From the sequence record SRR22947725_425: 59,443 nucleotides of DNA; one strand, given 5' to 3'. This document shows, one piece after another, positions 34,814 through 45,081 of this stretch. Position numbers and translations under genes: made by a program. Numbering within the stretch: the stretch's first letter is position 1; every line of letters begins with the position of its first letter. Below the pieces are notes generated by a model that was not told the origin of the DNA, ran no database searches, and worked only from the letters and a program-made list of their open reading frames with translations.

Positions 34814-37438
34814 ATGCAAAACCCCTTGAATCAAATCAAAAAAATAATATTTTGTTTTTTATTATTCCACCTAGGATTATGCTATTCGCAACAAGAAAAG
34901 CAACTCAATGTAATCTTTATTGCAGTTGATGATTTAAAACCAACTATTAAGAGTTTTGGCGATGGTGTTGCCATAACGCCAAACATGGATTATCTATCTA
35001 GAAGTGCTGCGTTATTTCTAAACAACCACACCCAACAAGCCATATGTAGTCCTTCTAGAATTAGCTTGCTTACAGGCAAAAGACCCGATTATACACAGGT
35101 TTATGATTTAAAAACTAAAATGCGTGACAAGCGTCCAAACATATTGACTATTCCTCAGTATTTTAAGGAACAAGGCTACACAACAGCAGGAATTGGAAAA
35201 ATATTTGATCCTAGGGGAGTAGATAGAAAATCCGATGAAGTTTCTTGGAGTATCCCTTTTGTGCGAGCACACAAAATAGACTACCCCAAAGAATATGGAC
35301 CTCCAAAACTCGGATACTATCAAAATCAAACTATAAAGGACAACATTGAAGCTCAGATTGAGAAAAACAACCTGAATCGCAATGGAAATATGACGAAGTT
35401 TTTTAATGGGAAGTATAAACCACCTGTCTCTAACAGCGATGCTCCTGACGAAGCGTATGTAGATGGTGCCATTGCTCAAGAATCGATTAAAATGATCGAC
35501 AACTTGACCAATGATCAAAGTAAGCCTTTCTTTTTAGCCATTGGGTTTAAAAGACCACATCTCCCCTTTTCTGCACCAAAAAAATATTTTGATTTATACG
35601 ATAAAAGCAAAATTCCACTCGAAGCATTTCGTGAGCGAGCAGAAGGTGTTGGAAGTTTAGCGTATCACAGTTCAGGAGAACTCCGTTCGTATGCAGAACC
35701 TGGAAGGGAATATGTGTTGGATCAAAACAAACAAGTCAACCTGGATGATGCTTTTGAGCGCGACTTGATTCATGGATATTATGCGTGTGTCACTTTTATT
35801 GACTTTCAAATAGGAAAAATATTAAATAAGCTCCGTCAAAAAGGACTTATGGAAAATACGATAATTGTAATTTGGGGAGATCATGGGTACCACTTTGGAG
35901 ATCACCGCCTTTGGAACAAACATTCGAATTTTGAGCAAGCTACACGCTCGCCATTGATTATTTACAATCCAAAGTATAAAGTGGCTCAAAAAATCATGTC
36001 TCCTACCGAGTTTGTCGATGTTTTTCCTACACTAAATGAAATGGCTGGTTTACCAGAATCGAAACAACTTGATGGAGTTTCAATGGCTAACCTAATGAAC
36101 GGGAAAACTCAAGAACTCAAGAATTTTGCTGTTAGTCAATACCCAAGAAATAAAACAATGGGGTATAGTTTTAGAACAGCAAATTACCGCTATACGCTTT
36201 GGGTAAACAAAGATAAGATTGGTCAAAAAATTACTGCTGAAGATATCCTTCAAGAGGAATTATTCGATTACATAAAAGATCCGTTAGAAACAAAAAACCA
36301 TATTGGATTAGATGGTTATGCTAATATTTACACCAACTTAAAAGAGGGTGCCTTGGCTTTCTTAAATCCAACTACATCAATTTCCAACAACACTGCTGAG
36401 GAAGGCATTAAAGACTTGGTTGCAAAAGCATACGATACAGAAAAAGTATATGTTGGAGCAACGCTAAACCACAACCAACTTAACACTGCGGTGTCCGATC
36501 TCTTCTTACAAGAATTCTCCTACTCTACACCAGAGAATTGTGCGAAACAAGCGCGAATTCACCCAAAACCGGGTGTGTGGGACTGGAAGCAAATCGACGA
36601 CTACCTTGATTTTGCAGATAAAAACGGTATAACCCTTCGAATCCATGGGCCAGTGAGTCCACAAGCATCGCATTGGGCAAAAAACGACATACGAACCCCG
36701 AAAGAACTTGAAAAAAATATGGTTGAATTTTTTACGGCATTATGTAAAAAAGTAAATGAAGAACCTTCCGTTAAATGGATGGATGTTGTTAATGAGACCG
36801 TAACTCCAGAGGGCGAATGGTTTGAAGAAAAACCAGGTGTTAAATTATGGGAAAACCCATGGGAACAAATTGGCAGGGATGAAAACGATGTGCCCCTATA
36901 CATTACTAAAGCCTTTGAAATAGCAAATAAGCACGCTCCCAATATTAGCCTTGTTTTTAATCAACATGGGGGTATGGAACCTGAAATGTGGGAGCGCGTA
37001 AAAAAGACCATTTTATACCTAAAATCAAAGGGGGTACGTGTAGACGGTTTGGGGTGGCAAGCACACCTTCGTAGTGATCAACCGTTGGCATTAGACAGAA
37101 AAAAACTTGACTATTTTTCCAAGCTTATTGATTGGGCACATAATAATGACTTGGACTTTCACGTAACGGAAATTGATTATAAAATTTGGAATTCTGTAAA
37201 ATCTGAACAAACCTTAACTGAGCAAGCAAATGCTTATGCTAATATTTTAAACGTTTTGCTGTCAAAAAGAAATCAAGGGGTAGTAACTTATAACACCTGG
37301 GGGATGTCTGATGGCAAAGCCGGAAAACACCATGACAAACATCGATTTATTTATGATGAGCAACTACAGCCAAAACCAGCCTATTTTGCCTTAAGAAACG
37401 TACTAACTAATCCGAATACTCCAAGAATACTTAAATAA
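34814..37438 (+). CDS. Fusion of an S1 sulfatase (iduronate-2-sulfatase-like) and a GH10 xylanase
   Basis: N-half: IAVDDLKP, CSPSR, GKIF, RPHLPF, GDHG. C-half: TPENCAK, RIHG, MDVVNE, GWQAH, HVTEID, PKPAY. Single ORF. Confidence 0.92.
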   Translation: MQNPLNQIKKIIFCFLLFHLGLCYSQQEKQLNVIFIAVDDLKPTIKSFGDGVAITPNMDYLSRSAALFLNNHTQQAICSPSRISLLTGKRPDYTQVYDLKTKMRDKRPNILTIPQYFKEQGYTTAGIGKIFDPRGVDRKSDEVSWSIPFVRAHKIDYPKEYGPPKLGYYQNQTIKDNIEAQIEKNNLNRNGNMTKFFNGKYKPPVSNSDAPDEAYVDGAIAQESIKMIDNLTNDQSKPFFLAIGFKRPHLPFSAPKKYFDLYDKSKIPLEAFRERAEGVGSLAYHSSGELRSYAEPGREYVLDQNKQVNLDDAFERDLIHGYYACVTFIDFQIGKILNKLRQKGLMENTIIVIWGDHGYHFGDHRLWNKHSNFEQATRSPLIIYNPKYKVAQKIMSPTEFVDVFPTLNEMAGLPESKQLDGVSMANLMNGKTQELKNFAVSQYPRNKTMGYSFRTANYRYTLWVNKDKIGQKITAEDILQEELFDYIKDPLETKNHIGLDGYANIYTNLKEGALAFLNPTTSISNNTAEEGIKDLVAKAYDTEKVYVGATLNHNQLNTAVSDLFLQEFSYSTPENCAKQARIHPKPGVWDWKQIDDYLDFADKNGITLRIHGPVSPQASHWAKNDIRTPKELEKNMVEFFTALCKKVNEEPSVKWMDVVNETVTPEGEWFEEKPGVKLWENPWEQIGRDENDVPLYITKAFEIANKHAPNISLVFNQHGGMEPEMWERVKKTILYLKSKGVRVDGLGWQAHLRSDQPLALDRKKLDYFSKLIDWAHNNDLDFHVTEIDYKIWNSVKSEQTLTEQANAYANILNVLLSKRNQGVVTYNTWGMSDGKAGKHHDKHRFIYDEQLQPKPAYFALRNVLTNPNTPRILK

Positions 37439-37439
37439 A

Positions 37440-39770
37440 ATGAGAAAACTCTTTTACGTAGTAATGATCACCATGAGCCTTAACGCTCAAAAGAATAAGG
37501 CAGAGCCGACATACCTAAACGAAGAAGCCAGTATGGAAGACCGCCTATCAGATTTAATGGGCCGAATGACATTGGAGGAGAAGGTAGCACAAATGTGTCA
37601 GTACGTAGGGCTTGAGCACATGAAAGCAGCAGAAAAATCATTAAGCCCAGAAGAATTGCTAGGAAATGATGCGTTAGGGTTTTATGAAAATCTACACAGT
37701 AGCGAAGTCGCTCAAATGGTGATTGATGGAGAAATAGGCTCCTTTTTACATGTGGTAACTGCTGAAGAAAGCAACTACCTTCAATCACTTGCAGAACAAT
37801 CGCGTTTAAAGATTCCATTATTAATTGGAATTGATGCCATACATGGTAATGCCTTAGTTTCAGGAGCTACTGTTTACCCTACTCCAATCAATATGGCAGC
37901 TACATTCAACAATGAAATTGCCTATGACATTGCAAAAGAAACGGCTGTCGAAATGCGTGCAACAGGTTCGCATTGGGCCTTTACACCAAATATCGATGTA
38001 ATGCGTGATCCCCGTTGGGGACGTGTTGGGGAAACCTTTGGAGAAGATCCTTTTTTAGTTGGTGAAATGGGTGTCGCCATGATTAATGGCTTTCAGCAAG
38101 GAGATTTTACAGGACTCAATAAAGTAATTGCTTGTGCAAAACATATGATTGCAGGAGGAGAGCCTATAAATGGCCTCAATGCATCTCCCATGGATGTGTC
38201 TGAGCGAACCCTACAAGAAATTCATTTACCGCCTTATAAGAAAGCTATCGATGCTGGTGTCTATTCAATAATGGCTGCACATAACGAACTCAATGGAATT
38301 CCGTGTCATATGCACAAAAGATTAATGACAGATTTGTTGCGAAACGAATGGGGATTTGACGGGTTTTATGTTAGTGACTGGATGGATATTGAACGTATTG
38401 AAAAACTTCATCGAGTAGCTAGAAATTTCAAAGAAGCCACGTATTTATCTGTTGATGCTGGGATGGATATGCATATGCATGGTCCGCATTTTTTGGAAGA
38501 GGTAGTGGCTTTAGTAAAAGAAGGAAGGATTACTCAGGAGCGCGTGGATATGGCAGCTGAAAAAATACTTACCACAAAGTTTAAGCTTGGTCTTTTTGAA
38601 CACAGGTATGTTGATCTTAAAAAGATTAACACGCTTGTATTTACTGAAAAACACAAAGAAACAGCCCTTAAGTCTGCTCGAGAATCCATAACATTATTAA
38701 AGAACACCAATGGCTTTTTGCCTCTTATGGCTTCCAATAAAAAAATATTTGTAACCGGTCCAAATGCCAACAATGCAACCATTTTAGGAGATTGGCATTT
38801 CGAGCAACCTGAGGATAATTACATTACTATTTTGGAAGGGATACAAGCTTTGGCTCCAACATATGGATATGAGGTGAGCTATTTTGATTCAGGACAAAAC
38901 TTACGTAAAATAAGAACACAAGCGATTACAGAAGCTGCAGCGCAAGCGAAATCAGCGGATTATGCTGTAGTTGTGGTTGGAGAAAACTCACTGCGCTATA
39001 AATGGTCACAAAAAACTGCAGGAGAAAATATGGCTCGTGCAGACTTGCAATTACCCGGGCGCCAGTTGGAACTTATTCAAGCGATTCATCAAACGGGAAC
39101 TCCTGTTATCCTAGTCTTAGTAAATGGAAGGCCAATTGCAGAGCCTTGGCTTGAAAAAAACTTAAAAGGTATTATTGAAACATGGGAGCCCGGTGCAATG
39201 GGTGGACAAGCCTTGGCAGAAATTCTCTTTGGGGAAGTTAATCCAAGTGGAAAACTACCACTTACCGTTCCCCGTAGTGTAGGACAACTTCAAATGGTAT
39301 ACAACCATAAGCCCTCTCAATATTTTCACAAATATGCTTTTGAAAAAATTTCGCCCTTATACCCATTTGGCTATGGGCTTAGTTACACCACGTTTGAAAT
39401 TGGCAAGCCCCTAGCATCCGAAAAAAACTGGGATGGTACTGGAAAACTTACCATAAACGTAGAAGTTGAAAACTCAGGAGACAGAAAAGGAACTGAAGTT
39501 GCACAACTCTACATTAGAGACAACTATTCGAGTGTAACGCGACCCGTACTAGAGCTAAAAGGATACCAAAGAGTTACGTTAGAACCGTCGGAGAAAAAGA
39601 CCTTAACGTTTGAGCTTGATAACAAAGCTTTTGCGTTTTATGATAAAGAAATGAAATACGTATCGGAAAAAGGGGACTTTACAATCCTTATAGGAAATTC
39701 ATCAAACAAAAAACAATTAAAAGAAACAACAATTCGACTAACACAAGACTTATACCACGATGAAAATTAA
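37440..39770 (+). CDS. GH3 beta-xylosidase/beta-glucosidase with Fn3-like domain
   Basis: MTLEEK, DAIHG, DPRWGRVGETFGEDP, KH, VSDW, YPFGYGLSYT. Confidence 0.95.
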   Translation: MRKLFYVVMITMSLNAQKNKAEPTYLNEEASMEDRLSDLMGRMTLEEKVAQMCQYVGLEHMKAAEKSLSPEELLGNDALGFYENLHSSEVAQMVIDGEIGSFLHVVTAEESNYLQSLAEQSRLKIPLLIGIDAIHGNALVSGATVYPTPINMAATFNNEIAYDIAKETAVEMRATGSHWAFTPNIDVMRDPRWGRVGETFGEDPFLVGEMGVAMINGFQQGDFTGLNKVIACAKHMIAGGEPINGLNASPMDVSERTLQEIHLPPYKKAIDAGVYSIMAAHNELNGIPCHMHKRLMTDLLRNEWGFDGFYVSDWMDIERIEKLHRVARNFKEATYLSVDAGMDMHMHGPHFLEEVVALVKEGRITQERVDMAAEKILTTKFKLGLFEHRYVDLKKINTLVFTEKHKETALKSARESITLLKNTNGFLPLMASNKKIFVTGPNANNATILGDWHFEQPEDNYITILEGIQALAPTYGYEVSYFDSGQNLRKIRTQAITEAAAQAKSADYAVVVVGENSLRYKWSQKTAGENMARADLQLPGRQLELIQAIHQTGTPVILVLVNGRPIAEPWLEKNLKGIIETWEPGAMGGQALAEILFGEVNPSGKLPLTVPRSVGQLQMVYNHKPSQYFHKYAFEKISPLYPFGYGLSYTTFEIGKPLASEKNWDGTGKLTINVEVENSGDRKGTEVAQLYIRDNYSSVTRPVLELKGYQRVTLEPSEKKTLTFELDNKAFAFYDKEMKYVSEKGDFTILIGNSSNKKQLKETTIRLTQDLYHDEN

Positions 39771-41154
39771 ACACCTTGTTTACAGCTTTGCGCTGTTCTT
39801 AGGACTATCAACCTACGCCCAAAAAGAAACACCAAAAAACATTCTATTCATTATTGTTGATGATTTACGACCAGAGCTTCCCTCCTATGGGAAAAAACAT
39901 ATAAAGGCGCCAAATTTAGATAAACTTGCAGCTTCATCTGTTCAATTCAATAGGGCCTTTTGTAATGTCCCTGTTTGTGGTGCTTCTCGAAGCAGTATGC
40001 TTACAGGTATCCGTCCAACACCAAATAGATTTAAGCATTATTATACACGTATTGATGAGGATATGCCAGAAGCCATAACGCTTTCTGGATTGCTTAAAAA
40101 CAACGGCTATACAACCATAAGCAACGGAAAAGTCTCTCACTTTTCTGAAGACATGGAAAATTCTTGGTCTGAGGTATGGGATCCACCACTAGAAGTGACA
40201 TGGAGGAATTACAAGCTCCCTGAAAATATAGAAAATGAAGCCAATAAAAAGGAAGTGCCAGCCTTCGAAAATGCAGACGTTCCGGACGATGCCTATTTTG
40301 ATGGTCAAATTGCGAATAAAACAATTGAAGACCTTAAAAAGTTTAAGAAATCAGGAGAACCATTTTTATTGTTTGCTGGGTTTGTAAAACCACATTTACC
40401 CTTTAATGCGCCAAAAAAATATTGGGATTACTACAATCGTTCGGACATCAAACTTCCTGTAAATAAAGACTTTCCAAAAACAGCTCCCAAAAGAGCACAG
40501 AATTGGTATGAAATGGTCGCTTACAAAGATGTAAACGTTGGAGAAGATGTGGAAGAAGAGCTAGCCAAAACGTTGATTCACGCTTACTACGCCTGTGTGA
40601 GTTATATAGATGCACAAATTGGACGTGTATTGGAAACACTTGATGAATTAGGAATGCGCGATGATACCATTGTAGTGCTTACTAGCGATCATGGTTTTAG
40701 CCTATCAGAACATAACCGCTGGTCAAAGCACAGCTTATTTGAAATGGAGCTACAAGTACCATTACTTATTCGAGCGCCTGGAACTACAGCGCCTGCACAA
40801 AGCAATTCATTTGCTGAGCTTGTTGATTTATACCCAACACTTATTGATTTAATTGATATTGAAGAACCGTATGAACTTGACGGGATATCCTTAGTAGAAA
40901 ACCTTAAAAACCCATCTAAAATCACCAAAAAAACGGCTTATTCTAGATACATTCATGGTGACACCTACTTATCCGACACCTATTTTTATTCGGAATGGAA
41001 GTATAAAAAAGGAAATAAAATATTAGGAAGAATGCTTTATGATCACCGTACAGATCCATTAGAAATGAAAAATCTGTCTCAAGAAGCGGAATACGAAACA
41101 TTAATGGATAGCCTAAGTAATAATATCAATGCGCAATGGGAAAAATTACAATAA
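39760..41154 (+). CDS. S1 sulfatase (iduronate-2-sulfatase-like)
   Basis: IVDDLRP, CGASR, GKVSH, KPHLPF, SDHG. Confidence 0.93.
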   Translation: MKIKHLVYSFALFLGLSTYAQKETPKNILFIIVDDLRPELPSYGKKHIKAPNLDKLAASSVQFNRAFCNVPVCGASRSSMLTGIRPTPNRFKHYYTRIDEDMPEAITLSGLLKNNGYTTISNGKVSHFSEDMENSWSEVWDPPLEVTWRNYKLPENIENEANKKEVPAFENADVPDDAYFDGQIANKTIEDLKKFKKSGEPFLLFAGFVKPHLPFNAPKKYWDYYNRSDIKLPVNKDFPKTAPKRAQNWYEMVAYKDVNVGEDVEEELAKTLIHAYYACVSYIDAQIGRVLETLDELGMRDDTIVVLTSDHGFSLSEHNRWSKHSLFEMELQVPLLIRAPGTTAPAQSNSFAELVDLYPTLIDLIDIEEPYELDGISLVENLKNPSKITKKTAYSRYIHGDTYLSDTYFYSEWKYKKGNKILGRMLYDHRTDPLEMKNLSQEAEYETLMDSLSNNINAQWEKLQ

Positions 41155-42731
41155 AAATATCGTGCTATTTGGCACTTACAACGGTGCTTTTTGGGTGTAA
41201 AATCAATCAATCCAAAGTTAATAACGAGCAAGAAAAATCACCAAACATTATTTTTATCATGTCGGATGACCATGCGGTTAGTGCCGTCAGTGCATATAAA
41301 GATTGGCTCGCAACACTTGCGCCTACTCCTAATATTGACCGCATAGCCAATAATGGAATGTTGATGCATGCTACCTATAACACCAATAGCATCTGCGGAC
41401 CCAGTAGAGCCGCAATACTCACAGGAAAATACAGCCATGTGAATGGTTTCTTTAAAAATGAAAAAGGAGGGGATTTTGACAGCAGTCAGCAAACGTTCCC
41501 AAAAGTGCTTCAACAAAGTGGCTATCAAACAGCTGTCATTGGAAAGTGGCACTTAGGTACTGCACCAACGGGGTTTGACTATTCCAAGGTTATGATAAAC
41601 CACGGAGGACAAGGCACCTATTATGATACCGTTTTTCTTGAAAATGGATTAGATACTATCGTCGAAACTGAACGCCATTCAACAGCGCAAGTTGCACACG
41701 ATGCCTTAAAGTGGTTAGGAACAAAGAGGGATAAAACAAAACCTTTTATGCTGATGTATCAATTTAAAGCACCGCACCGGCCATGGACGCCAAACCCAAA
41801 ATTTGATTCTTTATACACTGAAGATTTTCCACATCCAGAAACATTTAATGACGATTATTCGGATCGTTTGGCAGCGTCTAAGAACATGATGGAGATTGAG
41901 AATCATATGAATCGGAAAGATTTAAAAGTACCACCACCACAAAAGTTAAAAGGAAGAGCACTTGGAGCATACCAACGACTTGGGAATAATGGAGAATTTT
42001 GGACACCCCATGATAGTTTGCAAGGAGCTGCATTAAAAAACTGGAAGTTTCAACGCTATATAAAAGACTATTTACGATGTGTCGCTGGCGTCGATGAGGC
42101 AGTCGGACAATTGCTAGACTATTTAAAAGAAAATGGGCTAGAAGAGAATACAGTCGTTATTTATACTTCTGATCAAGGGTTTTATCTTGGTGAACACGGC
42201 TGGTTTGATAAGCGTTGGATGTATGAACCTTCATTCCGAATGCCATTTGCTATTCAGTATCCAAAAAAAATAAAGGCTGGAAGTCAAAACAAAGAGTTGT
42301 TATTAAACATTGATTTTGCTCCAACCATATTGGATTTAGCCGGTGCACCAATTCCTAAGGAAATTCAGGGGGAAAGCTTTAAAAATCAATTGACAGGAGA
42401 GAAATACACTGGAAGAGATGCTGTATATTACCACTATTATGAATATCCGTTTTGGCATAAAGTTCAACCTCATTATGGCGTTAGCACAGGGAAATACAAG
42501 CTAATACACTACTATTATGATATGGATGAATGGGAGTTGTTTGACTTGAAATCTGATAAAGATGAGATGAACAACTTGTATGGAACTGCGGGCTATGAAA
42601 ATATTACAGTAACATTAAAGGACAAAATAAAAGAGCTTCAGAAACAGTACAACGACGACATGAGCTTGGAGGAAATGCGTGCGATGACCGATATCAACAT
42701 AAACCGTGTATACAGTGAGAGAAACAACTAA
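41136..42731 (+). CDS. S1 sulfatase (N-acetylglucosamine-6-sulfatase-like) lipoprotein
   Basis: LFGC lipobox; MSDDH, CGPSR, GKWHLG, KAPHR, SDQG, FDKR. Confidence 0.93.
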   Translation: MGKITIKISCYLALTTVLFGCKINQSKVNNEQEKSPNIIFIMSDDHAVSAVSAYKDWLATLAPTPNIDRIANNGMLMHATYNTNSICGPSRAAILTGKYSHVNGFFKNEKGGDFDSSQQTFPKVLQQSGYQTAVIGKWHLGTAPTGFDYSKVMINHGGQGTYYDTVFLENGLDTIVETERHSTAQVAHDALKWLGTKRDKTKPFMLMYQFKAPHRPWTPNPKFDSLYTEDFPHPETFNDDYSDRLAASKNMMEIENHMNRKDLKVPPPQKLKGRALGAYQRLGNNGEFWTPHDSLQGAALKNWKFQRYIKDYLRCVAGVDEAVGQLLDYLKENGLEENTVVIYTSDQGFYLGEHGWFDKRWMYEPSFRMPFAIQYPKKIKAGSQNKELLLNIDFAPTILDLAGAPIPKEIQGESFKNQLTGEKYTGRDAVYYHYYEYPFWHKVQPHYGVSTGKYKLIHYYYDMDEWELFDLKSDKDEMNNLYGTAGYENITVTLKDKIKELQKQYNDDMSLEEMRAMTDININRVYSERNN

Positions 42732-43647
42732 TACCCACAAATTAAGTTGCTTATTATTACTAATCACACTTACTTTTGGCATATATAGTCAAGGACAATC
42801 ATCAACAAAAATAAAAGTGTTTATACTAGCAGGTCAGTCCAATATGGACGGACGGGGTGATGCTTCAAAATTGACTAGTGAAGAATTAAATCAACTCAAG
42901 TTTGCGCAAGAGCGAGTTCAGTATTATTACAAGGGATCTGTAAGTAAAAAAGATACAATAGTTGTGTCAGGTCCGTTGCAGGTTACAAATCCTTGGAAGT
43001 TTGTACAGCAAAAGTTCAGGCTAGAAAAATGTTTTGGTCCTGAGCTGTTTTTTGGAATGGAGCTCGCTGGTTATTTTCCTGATAAAAAATTTATGTTTAT
43101 AAAGCGTTCTCAAGGGGGAACTTCACTCTATGGCGCATGGAATTCCAATTGGTCTATAGAAAAGGCAACGCTAATTAAAGAACACGATAAGCCGCAACTC
43201 TTTGCTGATATGATTAAGGTTATAGACACACAACTTAAATCATTATCCCCAAATGAATATGAATTGGCAGGAATGCTTTGGGTACAGGGAGAATCAGATA
43301 GTGGAAAACGTTTTGGTCCACTTCCTTCCGAAACCTATGGGCTGCACCTGCAACAACTTATTGAAAGCGTACGCTCCTATTACAAAAGGCCCGACCTTCC
43401 CTTTTTAATGCTCAACGTAGGAGGTGGAAAAGTCATAGACGGCATGGAGGAAACTTCAAAAAAGTTACACAATGTCACCCTAGTAAAACGCAGCAAAAAT
43501 CCATCCAATCCGAACTATACGCCAATATATACGCATAATTGGAATGGAAAAACTGCGAGACATTACAATTACACAGGAATGAAAAAAATCGGTCAACTTT
43601 TTTTTGAAGCCTACGTCAATAACTATGTTACCTTTATTACAGAATGA
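42706..43647 (+). CDS. SASA/CE6-like SGNH carbohydrate O-acetylesterase (start codon uncertain)
   Basis: FILAGQSNM, FGPE, GGTSL, WVQGESD, C-terminal His. Confidence 0.85.
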   Translation: MYTVRETTNTHKLSCLLLLITLTFGIYSQGQSSTKIKVFILAGQSNMDGRGDASKLTSEELNQLKFAQERVQYYYKGSVSKKDTIVVSGPLQVTNPWKFVQQKFRLEKCFGPELFFGMELAGYFPDKKFMFIKRSQGGTSLYGAWNSNWSIEKATLIKEHDKPQLFADMIKVIDTQLKSLSPNEYELAGMLWVQGESDSGKRFGPLPSETYGLHLQQLIESVRSYYKRPDLPFLMLNVGGGKVIDGMEETSKKLHNVTLVKRSKNPSNPNYTPIYTHNWNGKTARHYNYTGMKKIGQLFFEAYVNNYVTFITE

Positions 43648-45053
43648 GAAGTTTTTTATACTCCGTATTTTTTTTCCTAACCTTTTTAATAAGTGTTGCC
43701 CAAGAAACGCAACCAAATGTAATTTGGCTCGTATGTGAAGACCAATCCCCTGATTTTTTCCCAATGTACGGAGATGCTACAGTATCTCTACCAAATATTG
43801 AAGCTCTCGCAGAGGATAGTATTATTTATAATAACATGCATGCCACAACTCCAGTTTGTGCACCTGCGCGTAGTGCCATTATCACGGGCATGTATCCAAC
43901 TACATTAGGCACGCACAACATGAGAGCATTTAATGAGGGACGTAGCACCAACCAACCAAGCTTGGGAATTCCGAGTTATTCTCCTGAATTTCCCGACTAT
44001 ATACGCCCTTTTACAACCTATTTACGTGAATCTGGCTATTACTGTACAAACAGCAATAAGCAGGATTATAATTTTAAAATTAGTGCAGATGCATGGGATC
44101 AAACATGTAGGTACTGTAAGGGAGCAGAAAAAGCTGCCATTCACTGGCGGAATCGTGATGAAAAACAAGCTTTTTTTGCTGTATTCAATTTTCAAATTAC
44201 TCATGAAGCCCAAATTTGGCACCAACAAAATCTACCATTGTATGTAGATCCAAAACGTATTGATGTACCCCCATATTTCCCCGATGATGCAGTGGTTCGA
44301 AAAGACATGGCGGTCAATTACAGCAATCTAGTGCGAATGGACGGTGAGGTTGGAGCAATCATTGACGAATTAAAAGAATCTGGATTATATGATGATAGCT
44401 ATATCTTTTTCTACAGCGATCATGGTGGACCTTTTCCAAGACATAAACGGGCTATTTACAATACAGGAACTAAGGTTCCATTTATGATTAAATTACCCAA
44501 ATCAAAAAATGCAGGCAAAACTGTTGATGAATTATTAAGTTTTATAGACTTGGCACCAACTGTACTATCCATTGCACAACTTCCTATTCCAGAACACATT
44601 CAAGGCGTTGATATTTTAGATGTTAAAAGAAAAGAACGTGACTATATTGTAACGGCTTCTGATCGTTTTGATGAGCAGGTAGATCGCATTCGTGCCATTC
44701 AAACAAAACGATATAAATTGATTAAAAACTTTATCCCGTCAAAACCACATGCAATTCCTGTAGGGTATAGAGAAAATATGCCGATGATGCAGCAGTTAAA
44801 CAAACTTTACGCTAGTAAGTCATTAAATTCAATCCAAGAACAATGGTTTTCTAGTCCAAAAGCTCCATTTGAATTCTATGATCTTAAAAATGATCCTTTT
44901 GAACTAAATAATCTTGCTGGTAGCGATAAGTATAAACGAATCATTAAAAAATTACACGAAGCATTAAATGAATGGATAGTTGAAACTGACGATCTAGGTG
45001 AAGTACCCGAATCAACAATCATAAAAAAATCCACACTAGCTAGAGGAAATTAA
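43644..45053 (+). CDS. S1 sulfatase (SGSH-like)
   Basis: PNVIWLVCED, CAPAR, THE, SDHG, EFYDLKNDPFELNNLA. Confidence 0.93.
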   Translation: MRSFLYSVFFFLTFLISVAQETQPNVIWLVCEDQSPDFFPMYGDATVSLPNIEALAEDSIIYNNMHATTPVCAPARSAIITGMYPTTLGTHNMRAFNEGRSTNQPSLGIPSYSPEFPDYIRPFTTYLRESGYYCTNSNKQDYNFKISADAWDQTCRYCKGAEKAAIHWRNRDEKQAFFAVFNFQITHEAQIWHQQNLPLYVDPKRIDVPPYFPDDAVVRKDMAVNYSNLVRMDGEVGAIIDELKESGLYDDSYIFFYSDHGGPFPRHKRAIYNTGTKVPFMIKLPKSKNAGKTVDELLSFIDLAPTVLSIAQLPIPEHIQGVDILDVKRKERDYIVTASDRFDEQVDRIRAIQTKRYKLIKNFIPSKPHAIPVGYRENMPMMQQLNKLYASKSLNSIQEQWFSSPKAPFEFYDLKNDPFELNNLAGSDKYKRIIKKLHEALNEWIVETDDLGEVPESTIIKKSTLARGN

Positions 45054-45081
45054 AAACCAAGTGTTCTAGCTTTATGCGCTG

